NCBI GenBank assembly: GCA_040402735.1
Contig: JBBALZ010000001.1
Coordinates: forward strand, 1 to 56,685
Length of the DNA: 56,685 nucleotides
Source: Bdellovibrionota bacterium
GTDB taxonomy: Bacteria; Bdellovibrionota_C; UBA2361; OMII01
Direction: 5' to 3'
Every line of letters begins with the position of its first letter. Positions within the stretch are counted from its first letter, which is position 1. The notes below the pieces were generated by a model that had not been told where the DNA came from, did no database searches, and saw only the letters and a list, made by a program, of their open reading frames with translations. This document shows positions 9,961 through 19,500 of the stretch, one piece after another. Made by a program: the position numbers and the translations under genes.

Positions 9961-11203
9961 CTATCATATTAATCATACCAAACGTTGGGATGAGGTCGGA
10001 GATATTAGCCCCCAACAACATCTTTCGCATCGAACCCATATGAATAAAGCTCGGAGCTCTCACGTGTGCTCGGTAAGGCTTGCCGCTTCCATCCGAAACA
10101 ACATAGAACCCAAGCTCTCCGTTACCACCTTCAATCGCCTGGTAAACCGAACCTACCGGCGGCTTTACACCGTACATTACAAGCTCAAAATGGTTAATCA
10201 TCCCATCAATTGACCTGTAGACCTCATCTTTAGGCATAAGTGCTATGTGCGGATCGGCAACGATAATCGGACCATCCGGCAAGCGAGCTATCGCCTGTTC
10301 ACAAATGCGCAACGACTGCTCCATCTCATAAAAACGAACGAGGAAGCGATCGTAATTATCGCCCTTACTACCAACTGGAACTTCAAAATCAAACTCGTCG
10401 TAGCTTGAGTAAGGAAACGTCTTGCGAATATCGTACGACACTCCCGATCCCCGCAGCATCGGTCCTGTCAGGCTGTAGCTTATCGCTTCATCTGACGTTA
10501 GCACCGCTACATCACACATGCGCTCAATAAAGATACGGTTACGTGTCAGGAGTCGGTCACAGTTGACCAGGTGATCGCGCACACCTTTGAAGGCCGCCTT
10601 CATCTTCTCGGCGAAACCAGTGGTTAAATCATCCTTGATACCTCCGACTCGACCGAACGAAACCGTAAGGCGAGCACCCGTAACCTCCTCAAGGAGATCC
10701 CAGAGGTACTCACGCGCCTCCATCATGTACAGCATTACCGTAAATGCACCCAACTCCATGGCTGACGCGCCAAGGCAGGTAAGATGATCGCACACTCGCG
10801 ATATCTCAGAGAGTATCACCCGAATGTATTGAGCGCGCTTTGGAGCCTCGATCTCGAGCAATTTCTCAATTGTTAAGCACCAGCCAAAGTTATTGATAAT
10901 CGGCGAAACGTAGTTCAAACGATCGGTATACGGCATCACCTGATTATAATCGACCGTTTCGCACATCTTCTCGAAACCGCGATGGAGGTATCCAACATCG
11001 ACATCGGCATCAACTATCTTTTCACCAGAGAGCTCTGCCACGATGCGAATTGTTCCGTGCGTTGCAGGATGCGCAGGCCCTAGATTGACGATCATCGTCT
11101 CAGAGTGGAGGTCATCGCCGAGCTCGCGCGGGCGTGCTTGCGTTGTAATTCCCCCAACGCCTACGTCGATCTCGAGCAATTTCTTCGTGTTCTCACCCGT
11201 CAT
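9941..11203 (-). CDS. nuoD: NADH-quinone oxidoreductase subunit D
   Basis: 420-aa 49-kDa subunit family protein (NLGPAHPATHGTIRIV, C-terminal GECDR). Confidence 0.95.
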   Translation of the reverse strand: MTGENTKKLLEIDVGVGGITTQARPRELGDDLHSETMIVNLGPAHPATHGTIRIVAELSGEKIVDADVDVGYLHRGFEKMCETVDYNQVMPYTDRLNYVSPIINNFGWCLTIEKLLEIEAPKRAQYIRVILSEISRVCDHLTCLGASAMELGAFTVMLYMMEAREYLWDLLEEVTGARLTVSFGRVGGIKDDLTTGFAEKMKAAFKGVRDHLVNCDRLLTRNRIFIERMCDVAVLTSDEAISYSLTGPMLRGSGVSYDIRKTFPYSSYDEFDFEVPVGSKGDNYDRFLVRFYEMEQSLRICEQAIARLPDGPIIVADPHIALMPKDEVYRSIDGMINHFELVMYGVKPPVGSVYQAIEGGNGELGFYVVSDGSGKPYRAHVRAPSFIHMGSMRKMLLGANISDLIPTFGMINMIGGECDR

Positions 11204-11206
11204 CGC

Positions 11207-11809
11207 TTATGCTCCCTGCCGTTTATCTGCTGTGGCCTCGCCCTTCTTGGCTCGGATCGTAACGAGATCCCCACGCTGCATCTTGCGCGCTGTATTTTCT
11301 AGCTCTGGAGAACGTAGCTGCACTCGTGGTTGTTTTCCCTGGACCGGATAGTCTTTACGCAACGGATGTCCAACGAATTCTTCGTACATCAGGATTCGGC
11401 GAAGATCTGGATGGCCCTCGAAACGAATCCCGAACATATCCCACACTTCACGCTCTAAAAAGTTAGCGCCTCTCCAAAGGGCCGTCGCCGTCACGACCTC
11501 AGGTCGATCCTCTCCAAGTGGAACTTTAATCGTCAGGCGCTGCGTTTTAGTGAGGCTCAGAAGTTGATATACTACCTCGAATCGTTTCTCGCGCGCATCA
11601 AGCCAATCAACAGCGGTGATATCTACTAGCATTTCAAAAGCAAGCTGCGGAGACTCCTTACAGCTCTTGAGTACTGCAGCGAGAGCTGCTGGCTGAACGG
11701 TAACCACGAGGTCTCCACGCTCAATAACTAGCTCTCCTACCCCCTCGCCACAGATCGCCACGAGCGATTCCTTGAGCGCCTCGACCCTATTCACCATTTC
11801 CTGTTCCAT
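11207..11809 (-). CDS. nuoC: NADH-quinone oxidoreductase subunit C
   Basis: 200-aa 30-kDa subunit family protein (EREVWDMFGIRFEGHPDLRRIL). First gene of the cluster; no nuoA or nuoB upstream. Confidence 0.9.
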   Translation of the reverse strand: MEQEMVNRVEALKESLVAICGEGVGELVIERGDLVVTVQPAALAAVLKSCKESPQLAFEMLVDITAVDWLDAREKRFEVVYQLLSLTKTQRLTIKVPLGEDRPEVVTATALWRGANFLEREVWDMFGIRFEGHPDLRRILMYEEFVGHPLRKDYPVQGKQPRVQLRSPELENTARKMQRGDLVTIRAKKGEATADKRQGA

Positions 11810-11893
11810 ATTCGCTGGTTGTATCGTAACCGCGAGTAACTAGCAACCGCACAACGCACTAATAGGATTGTGCTTTTTGCACGAGGGCCGCAT

Positions 11894-11922
11894 TTGCATA
11901 ACTTGGTGCATCCGAGTATACT
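11894..11922 (+). promoter_or_regulatory. Candidate sigma70-type promoter (TTGCAT - 17 nt - TATACT)
   Basis: Near-consensus -35 and -10 hexamers with a 17-nt spacer, about 45 nt upstream of the ATG at 11969. Prediction from sequence only. Confidence 0.4.
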
Positions 11923-11968
11923 CAAGGCTCGTCGGTATCCCTATCACCACCTCTATTCGGAGCTCGTA

Positions 11969-12277
11969 ATGGAATCAACCTCAGGCACAAAGAAGAAGCG
12001 CCTCTCCCCTTCATCGATCAGTCAAATTCAGATCCTTAACGCTTTAGCCAACGGAGCAACGGGTGGTTCCAATGACCGTGGCAGGTTAGAGATTACAGAG
12101 ATAGCTGAGCGCAGCGGTTTACGTGATGAGAAGGAGACCCAACGTTTTCTATTTATCCTAGAGGGTCAGAAACTTGTATCGCCCTGCCCAGAGGGGGATT
12201 TCACATCAAAGATATGGCAGATAACCAGTCAAGGCGTGCAGACGCTGCGGCAGATATCTTCGGTGATGGCGAATTAA
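11969..12277 (+). CDS. Small winged-helix-like hypothetical protein
   Basis: Internal ATG of ORF 11870..12277, preceded by GGAG. The stretch ITEIAERSGLRDEKETQRFLFILEGQKLV resembles a wHTH. Divergent from nuoC. Confidence 0.5.
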   Translation: MESTSGTKKKRLSPSSISQIQILNALANGATGGSNDRGRLEITEIAERSGLRDEKETQRFLFILEGQKLVSPCPEGDFTSKIWQITSQGVQTLRQISSVMAN

Positions 12278-12403
12278 CCACTCAGACCTGCGTGACCATC
12301 AAAGAGAACGCGGCATCCTTGTGAAATACAACACCTAAAACTGGATATACATCCAGAGGGGCCTAGTTTAGAGAGGGATACCGCTACCCATTCGGAGTCG
12401 CCA

Positions 12404-13900
12404 TCACCTAACTTTTGCGTGACGCCGTCCGTACAAGAAATAGATTACCAAACCAAGCCCCATCCAAATCAGCAACCGTAACCAAGTATCCCAGGGCAGC
12501 GAGAGCATCTGGGCCAGAGCACTTAGAGCGCCGCAGATCGATACGGGGACGACAAACGGCGCGCGAAACGGGCGGTGCGCATCCGGCTCAACCACTCGTA
12601 AGACAAGAACTCCAATACACACCAATACAAACGCCAATAAGGTGCCGATAGATACTAGCTCTCCTAAAACCCCGATTGGAAACAGCCCAGCAACGAGTCC
12701 AGCTAAGAGGCCCGTTACGAGCGTTGATACGTACGGGGTTTTGTACTTGGGATGAATTTTAGCAGACGCGGCGGGAAGTAGCCCATCACGAGCCATACTA
12801 AAGAGTATGCGCGGCTGGGCCATAAGCAACACTAACACCACAGAGCTTAGTCCAGCTATCGCACCTATCTTGATAAAGGGCCTAAGCCACTTAAGACCAG
12901 CCCCTGCCGCATTAACAGCCACTGCGATCGGATCCGGAACATTCAATTGATCGTAGCGCACTATCCCTGTGAGCACCAAGGAGACCATGATGTAGACAAC
13001 TGTGCACGCAAGGAGTGCTCCAATAATCCCAAAAGGCATATCGCGCTGTGGGTTCTTAGTCTCTTGAGCCAACGCTGAAACAGAATCGAAACCGATGTAG
13101 GCGAAAAAGATAACCCCTGCTCCACGAAAGATCCCGCTCCATCCAAAGTGACCGAATTCACCGGTATTCTGCGGGATAAATGGCATCCAATTGTCCGGCA
13201 CAACCTGCATCGCTCCAAAGACAACAAAAAGCGCGAGCACCGTCAACTTAACGACAACGATAGCGTTATTGAATTTGGCTGACTCCTTAATCCCCACATA
13301 GAGAAGCCAAGTACACAATCCGACTATAATCATCGCCGGAAGGTTGATTACGCTTCCTGTAGCGACCCAACCAGAGCCATGCACGAAATTAAACGGCGCG
13401 CTACTAAGAGCGGCCGGAATCTGAATTCCGAAATCTTTCAGGAAACTTACAACATACCCAGACCATCCCACCGCCACGGTCGAAGAACCAAAGAGGTACT
13501 CAAGGATAAGATCCCAGCCGATAATCCACGCCACAAGCTGGCCTAGAGTTGCGTATGTGTAGGTGTAAGCACTACCCGATATCGGTATCATCGCCGCCAA
13601 TTCAGCGTAGCAAAGCGCCGCAAAGATGCACGCTATCCCTGAGAGCACAAACGATAGCGCGATCGCTGGGCCAGCATACTGCGCAGCTGCCTGACCTGTT
13701 AAGACGAATATCCCAGCGCCGATAACGCCGCCGATCCCCAGTAAGAGCAGGTTCCAACCGGTCAGCGAGCGCTGGAAGCCTCGCGACTCATCGCCTGCTT
13801 CCTCTTGTATTAGTGCGAGCGGCTTTCGGGCAAAGATACTTAGCAGCATAGGTCTCCTCTTGGTTTGGTCACGATATCCGCTAAACACATCCTTGGCCAA
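12404..13900 (-). CDS. APC-superfamily amino acid permease (cationic amino acid transporter-like)
   Basis: 498 aa with about 12-13 TM helices and typical APC N-terminal segments (LLLLGIGGVIGAGIFVLTG, PISGSAYTYTYATLG). Confidence 0.88.
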   Translation of the reverse strand: MAKDVFSGYRDQTKRRPMLLSIFARKPLALIQEEAGDESRGFQRSLTGWNLLLLGIGGVIGAGIFVLTGQAAAQYAGPAIALSFVLSGIACIFAALCYAELAAMIPISGSAYTYTYATLGQLVAWIIGWDLILEYLFGSSTVAVGWSGYVVSFLKDFGIQIPAALSSAPFNFVHGSGWVATGSVINLPAMIIVGLCTWLLYVGIKESAKFNNAIVVVKLTVLALFVVFGAMQVVPDNWMPFIPQNTGEFGHFGWSGIFRGAGVIFFAYIGFDSVSALAQETKNPQRDMPFGIIGALLACTVVYIMVSLVLTGIVRYDQLNVPDPIAVAVNAAGAGLKWLRPFIKIGAIAGLSSVVLVLLMAQPRILFSMARDGLLPAASAKIHPKYKTPYVSTLVTGLLAGLVAGLFPIGVLGELVSIGTLLAFVLVCIGVLVLRVVEPDAHRPFRAPFVVPVSICGALSALAQMLSLPWDTWLRLLIWMGLGLVIYFLYGRRHAKVR

Positions 13901-14210
13901 GGGGAAAAGATATCATCGCGCTTTCGGGCCGCATCGAACCAACTCGAACCAAAGCGGACCGCGAACTTTTTAGTTCGCTGCACCTGCCCATATAAGGTAA
14001 CGAAGGGTATAAGGGTTGCGAAGGTCTCAGCCTCTGCAAACTCCGGCCCTACGACGCGATTCCAACACGGCGAACTTCCAGTCCGCCCTCCATACGTCGC
14101 GGGGCTGGTGCGCTTGGCCGCGGATTTTGATCCCTATCTGAAATGAGTAATACTAAAGCAGTATGCCATCACATCACGTCTGCTATAGTGCGGACTTGAG
14201 GAGACACTCC

Positions 14211-15344
14211 ATGAATCTGCGCCCCTTGACTGCCTATTTCCTTGCCACGCCCCTACTCGCCGCTACGGCCCTTGCACCACTCCCAGCATACACAGCTCCC
14301 TCTCCACCATCAGAAGAGATCCGTATCGGCGTCATGGCGCCTCTTACGGGCGATTACGCCTCAGCTGGTGAAGAGATTCAGCGAGGTATTAGCCTCGCCT
14401 CAGAGCAACTTGCATCGGCAGGCATCAAAGTAAAGGTGACCTTCGAGAACGCCTGTCTTCCAGCGCAAGGTGTGGCGGCCTTGCGCAAGATGGTCGATCG
14501 CGACTCAATCGATGCGATCGCATCAAACTATTGTGTTATAACTCTTAACGCAATTCGACCGATAATTGAGAAGCTAAACCTCATCACCTTCCAGAATTCG
14601 AGCATCGCCGAGCAGCTCGTTGAGACCTCTCCGTTCATTTACACGACGTGGCCCTCGATCGAGCAGGAGGTCGCAGCGATCGCTCAAGCTATGGGAGATT
14701 CCGCCATCCAGCACCCTGCGCTGATCTACCTAGAGTCGCCTTGGGGAGATGGATATGCTCAAGCGTTTCGCAATCTGCTATCTCAGAGGGGGATCAAACT
14801 CGGCGTCGATCTCTCTCAAAGTTTTGATGTTCACGATTTTCGCTCCGAGGTGACTAAGATCCAGGCCACCAAAAGCTCTAGCGCTCTTGTCGCTCACACG
14901 GGTTCCGTCATGGCCAGCTTTCTGAAGCAGGCTGCCGCAATGAGCATTCCCGGCAGCATGATATTCGTCCCGAGCGACAACGATGATCAATCGATTGTAG
15001 ACGCCGCTGGTCGCGCAGCTGAAGGGGTCTCTCTCTTTTCGACTGAGGGTCCGTCGGAAACTCCTGGTCGCGCGATATTTCGAGCCGCCTACGAAAAGCG
15101 ATTCAATCGCGCCCCGGACCCTCTGAGCAGACACGCCCACGACCAGTTGATGATCCTAGTACGCGCCTTACACTCCTGCAAAAAAGATGTCGCATGCACG
15201 CGCTCGTATATCTCCGGAGTTAAGGATTTTAAGGGTGCCAGCGGCAGTTTCTCTATGAATCCTCGGCGAATCCCTGCGCGTTCCCTCTATCGAAAACAGG
15301 TCAAGGACGGAGCGTTTAGATTGGTCGACACTACAAGCAAGTAA
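14211..15344 (+). CDS. Periplasmic substrate-binding protein, branched-chain amino acid (LivJ/Peripla_BP_6)-like
   Basis: Start at an internal ATG with a GAGGAG RBS. Signal peptide followed by IRIGVMAPLTGDYASAGEE, typical of the family. No ABC permease or ATPase genes adjacent. Confidence 0.75.
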   Translation: MNLRPLTAYFLATPLLAATALAPLPAYTAPSPPSEEIRIGVMAPLTGDYASAGEEIQRGISLASEQLASAGIKVKVTFENACLPAQGVAALRKMVDRDSIDAIASNYCVITLNAIRPIIEKLNLITFQNSSIAEQLVETSPFIYTTWPSIEQEVAAIAQAMGDSAIQHPALIYLESPWGDGYAQAFRNLLSQRGIKLGVDLSQSFDVHDFRSEVTKIQATKSSSALVAHTGSVMASFLKQAAAMSIPGSMIFVPSDNDDQSIVDAAGRAAEGVSLFSTEGPSETPGRAIFRAAYEKRFNRAPDPLSRHAHDQLMILVRALHSCKKDVACTRSYISGVKDFKGASGSFSMNPRRIPARSLYRKQVKDGAFRLVDTTSK

Positions 15345-15417
15345 AGGGAGTAAAGGGTCGTCTTAATCCGCCCCTAGCTACTGCGCTGCAATCCGCCGTA
15401 CAACTACTAGAAGTTTC

Positions 15418-15468
15418 AACCTAAATTCAGCAGTTAAGGAGGATGAAAATGGTGCAGATGCTCAAAGC
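15418..15468 (+). repeat. R3 repeat module
   Basis: Matches the reverse complement of 1-52. Preceded by an R1-terminus-like CAACTACTAG (15401-15410). An R2 remnant follows at 15527-15560. Confidence 0.85.
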
Positions 15469-15526
15469 ACGAAGGATTTTGTAAGACGTTAGCAGTTTGC
15501 CGAACCCGCATAGAGTGCTGGACTCT

Positions 15527-15560
15527 GGCCAAATGCGCAGGAATGGCAGTTTTTATTGAG
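15527..15560. repeat. Collapsed R2 remnant
   Basis: GGCCAAATGCGC + AGGAATGGCAGTTTTT resembles the R2 segments GGCCAAAAATGCGCGG and CAGGAATGCCAGTTTTTT seen in the 44.7-45.1 kb copy. Confidence 0.5.
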
Positions 15561-15610
15561 TTTTGCGTCTAATCAAGATAGAATGTTCAACTGATATTCC
15601 ACAAAACATA

Positions 15611-16066
15611 ATGAACCTCACCGAACTAAAAGATATTCTAAACAGCAACCCAACATCCCCAATCCGCTTCCGTCTCCCGAACGGAAGCCTAAGCGCTCCA
15701 CACGCGCATATCACAGAAGTCGGACTCGTGACCAAGTCGTTTATCGATTGCGGTGGAACGATTCGTAGCACCTCGTACTGCTTGCTTCAGTCCTGGGTCG
15801 CCGATGATGTCGACCACCGCCTTCACGCTGGAAAACTTCTGTCGATTATAGAGAAAGCTAGCCCGCTCCTAGGAACTCAAGACCTCTCAGTAGAGCTGGA
15901 GCACCAACTCGAACACGCAACACAGTTTTCTGTGATAGCGGCTACCGTTCAGGGAGGAGAGGTTGTTGTGCAGCTTGCTGGAAAGCAGACCGCATGCCTG
16001 GCTCCAGAGATCTGTTGCCCAACACCTCCAGCTGAAACTACCGTGTCTCTTTCTCGTCGGCGCTAA
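15611..16066 (+). CDS. DUF6428-like protein (ars-operon associated family)
   Basis: Internal ATG. The N-terminus MNLTELKDILNSNP...APHAHITEVG...FIDCGGT resembles DUF6428 proteins as I recall them. Lies immediately upstream of arsC. Confidence 0.6.
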   Translation: MNLTELKDILNSNPTSPIRFRLPNGSLSAPHAHITEVGLVTKSFIDCGGTIRSTSYCLLQSWVADDVDHRLHAGKLLSIIEKASPLLGTQDLSVELEHQLEHATQFSVIAATVQGGEVVVQLAGKQTACLAPEICCPTPPAETTVSLSRRR

Positions 16067-16070
16067 TACT

Positions 16071-16496
16071 ATGGCTAAGCAACGCGTATTATTCGTTTGT
16101 ATTCACAACAGCGCTCGTAGTCAGATGGCAGAGGCATGGCTACGGCACCTCGCTCCGGAACGATTTGATGTTGAGAGCGCCGGGCTAGAGCCTGGCAAAC
16201 TCAACCCCTTCGCCATGCGTGCTATGCAGGAGTGTAAGATCGATATGTCCTCGCACTATCCAAAGAGCGTTGACGAAATAGCAGCAACGGGGCGCTCTTT
16301 CGACTACGTAATTGCTGTCTGTGACCGAGAGGCGGCAGAACGATGCCCAATCGTTCCTGGCGGAGGTGAAAAGCTGCACTGGAACTTCCCCGATCCCTCG
16401 TCTGCGCAAGGAACAGATGACGAAAAATTCAAGTTTACCTGCAAGGTACGCGATCTGATCAAAGACGCCATCGTCACGTGGATTGCACAGCGCTGA
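16071..16496 (+). CDS. arsC: Arsenate reductase, LMW-PTPase family
   Basis: Starts at MAKQRVLFVCIHNSARSQMAEAW (the CX5R(S/T) P-loop of LMW phosphatase-type ArsC). The internal ATG at 16071 lies 5 nt after the upstream stop. Confidence 0.85.
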   Translation: MAKQRVLFVCIHNSARSQMAEAWLRHLAPERFDVESAGLEPGKLNPFAMRAMQECKIDMSSHYPKSVDEIAATGRSFDYVIAVCDREAAERCPIVPGGGEKLHWNFPDPSSAQGTDDEKFKFTCKVRDLIKDAIVTWIAQR

Positions 16497-16567
16497 TACG
16501 TTATGCACAGGCCTAGCGCCGTTTAGATCTAGAAGTTACACTTCTAAAAACAGCCCATACTCACTAT

Positions 16568-19500
16568 TTACTGCTCGCCGCGAACTAATCCAACCTTTAT
16601 CGCTTGTCCTTCGATATCGAAGGTGCGCTCGATAAGCGGTTTGGACAACTCGGTGACTATCGACACGCACAGAGTTTCAGACTGAATGTACGCGGCATGT
16701 ACTCCGAGGATATCCTGCGCTCCTTGTAGTGTTAGTTTGATACGGTCAGCGATATGCAGGTCTGCCTCTTTGCGCATGTCTTGAATCTCGCGCACGAGAT
16801 CACGTGCCTTGCCTTCGAGTGCCAACTCTGGCGTAACAGCAGTATCAAGCGCTATCACAAAACCTGCTCCCGACTCTACTGCGAGACCGGGCTTACCACT
16901 CAATCCCACCTCAACTTCACCAGCAGCAAGTGTTATATCTCCCACCTGCACTCCACCATCGCTCAGCACCTGGAACTCGCCACTACGAACCTTCTGGATA
17001 ACCTCCTGTACTCGACCCCCGAGACGCGGTCCGAGAACGCGAGCGTTCACTTTTGCACTAACCGTGGCAATCGACGAGGAATCAGCTAGGAATTCGATCC
17101 GCTTAACATTGAGCTCTCCGCAAAGCACCGGTATGTATGCATCGAGGTCTTTAGCTGCACCTTGCTTCACCGCCAGCTTTGCTGATGCCAGCGGTAGTCG
17201 CACTCTCAGCTTTTCACGAGCTCGAATCGCCAAACCAGCCGACACCATCTCGCGCACAGTACGTATCTCTGCTGATAACTTGTCATCGATCAGCTGCTCT
17301 CGCGTTGCTGGCCACTCGGTGAGGTGCACGCTGTCATTACACCCAAGCCGCTCCCATACCAGTTCTGAGATGAAGGGACAGAGCGGAGCTATCATCTGCA
17401 CGGTACGTGTCAACACATCGTACAAGGTCGCATAGAATGACATCTTCTCTGGAGCGCGCGGATCGTCGGACCATACACGTTCACGGCTGCGGCGTATGTA
17501 CCAGTTGTTGAGCGTATCGAGAAACGGCGCAAAAAGCCGCATCGCTTCGTTGATCCGGTACCCTTCCAGGTACTCAGTCACTGAGCGATTGAGGATCTCC
17601 ACCTCCGACAGGATAAAGCGATCAAGCTCTCCAAGCTCACAGGCACTACGCGACAGCTCATCGCTCCTTACCTGGTCTACATCGGTGTACGCCGTGAAGA
17701 ACGAGAGCGCATTCCAGATCGGCAAGAGGATCGATTTCACCATCCCCTCTACCCCCTCATCCTTAAATACGAGATCCTCGATTCCAACCGCGGGAGACGC
17801 AAAAAGATAAGCTCGCAGCGCATCCGCTCCGTACTTATCCATTAGCTCAAGTGGATCGGTGTAGTTCTTTAAACTCTTAGACATCTTCTTGCCATCAGAG
17901 GCCAAGAGCGTTCCGTGCACCATGCAGTTCTTAAAGGAAGGCTTCCCAAAGAGTGCCGTCGATAGTACGTGCAGATAATAGAACCAGCAGCGGATCTGTC
18001 CCGTGTATTCGACGATAAAATCAGCGGGAAAATGCCCGCGGAAGTGCTCGGCGTTCTCAAATGGATAGTGGTATTGACCATAGGGCATCGAGCCCGATTC
18101 AAACCAACAATCAAGAACCTCTGGTACTCGATGCATCGAAGAGCCGCATGAGCACGGCACTACAACTTGGTCGAGGAACTCCTTGTGGAGGTCCGCGAGA
18201 GCATGGCCGGCTACCTGCTCAATCTCTGCGGCGGATGAAAATACCTTGTGGGAACCGCAATCCTCACACTCCCACACAGGGATCGGCGTAGCCCAGTAGC
18301 GACTCCGAGAGATGTTCCAATCACGAGCATTCTCTAGCCAGTTCCCGAAGCGTCCGTATTTAACAGTGTCTGGGTGCCATGCTATCTCGTGGTTAGCGTG
18401 AAGCAGCTCCTCACGAATCGCCTCTACCTTGAAATACCAGGCATCGAGTGCCCGATAGATGAGCGGCGTACGACATCGCCAGCAATGCGGGTAGTTGTGC
18501 TCAATTGTTTCATCGCGTACGACGACGTCACGCGATTTGAGTAGCTTGATGACGGCCGGGTTCGCATCATGAACATTCTGTCCAGCAAAATCCGAAACCT
18601 GCGCGGTAAAGCACCCTGCAGTATCCACCGGATTGACCACCTCGATGTCACTCTTTCGGCACGTCCAATAGTCATCCTCACCAAAGGCTGGCGCTGCATG
18701 AACGATACCCGTTCCATCCTCTGTTGAAACAAAGTCAGCTTCTAGAACCATAAATCCTTTGTGGTCCTCAAAGTATGGGAAGATCGGCTCATAGGTGAGC
18801 TTCATATCGAGGAGCTGCTGCCCGGTGTACGTGGCAACTACCTGTGCATCCTTACCCAACTCCCGCTCGTAGCGCTTGATAGCTTTCTGGGCAAGCAACA
18901 CTCTGCCAACCTGCGAATCGACGACTGCATAGTCTATCTCTTTGCCGATCACGAGCGCTAGATTTGAGGGAAGCGTCCATGGAGTTGTTGTCCATGCTAA
19001 TGCAGAGGTCCCCTCAAGCTCCTTGAGAGCGAACTTCACAGTAATGGCGCGATCCTGTTTCGGCCGAGTAGCGTCGTCAGTTCGGATCTCGGAGAGCGCT
19101 AAAGAAGTCTCACATCGATAGCAGTATGGAGCTACGCGATAGTCCTTGTAGATCAGCCCCTTCTTGTGCGCCTCGGCGAAGGCCCAGATAACCGACTCCA
19201 TAAAAGAGCGATCGAGCGTACGATACGGACTCTCCATATCTACCCAGCGACCGATGCGGTCGATGTATACTCGCCAATTCTGATCAAAATTAGAAACGAT
19301 CCGTCGGCACTCGTTGTTAAAAGCACTAACACCGATAGTACCCTCAATCTCACTCTTGTCCTTAAGGCCCAGGTTCTTCTCGGCGATAGTTTCTATCGGC
19401 AATCCGTGACAATCCCAGCCCCATGCTCGTGGTACATGGTAGCCACGCATCGATTTGTAGCGGCACACAACATCTTTTAGAGCTGAGATAAATATCGTGC

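Noticed and set aside
12341-12356. The CTGGAT-ATAC-ATCCAG hairpin between the convergent wHTH gene and the permease, as a possible terminator. A similar weak hairpin lies at about 16537-16551.
   Set aside because: The stems are only 5-6 bp with moderate GC and a marginal U-tract. That is too weak to annotate as terminators from sequence alone.
15443-15484. A 13-codon mini-ORF (MKMVQMLKARRIL) directly after the perfect AAGGAGG in R3.
   Set aside because: The second R3 copy (window 1-52, reverse strand) has an indel plus substitutions that change the frame and residues after codon 6. Coding conservation is therefore not supported. It is kept only as a repeat.
16809-17435. A 208-aa plus-strand ORF and several others (16754..17089, 17496..17810, 18761..18961, 19166..19480) inside ileS on the opposite strand.
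   Set aside because: These are shadow ORFs antisense to a strongly supported 1038-aa gene. Their translations are S/T/R/P-rich low-complexity sequence with no motifs.
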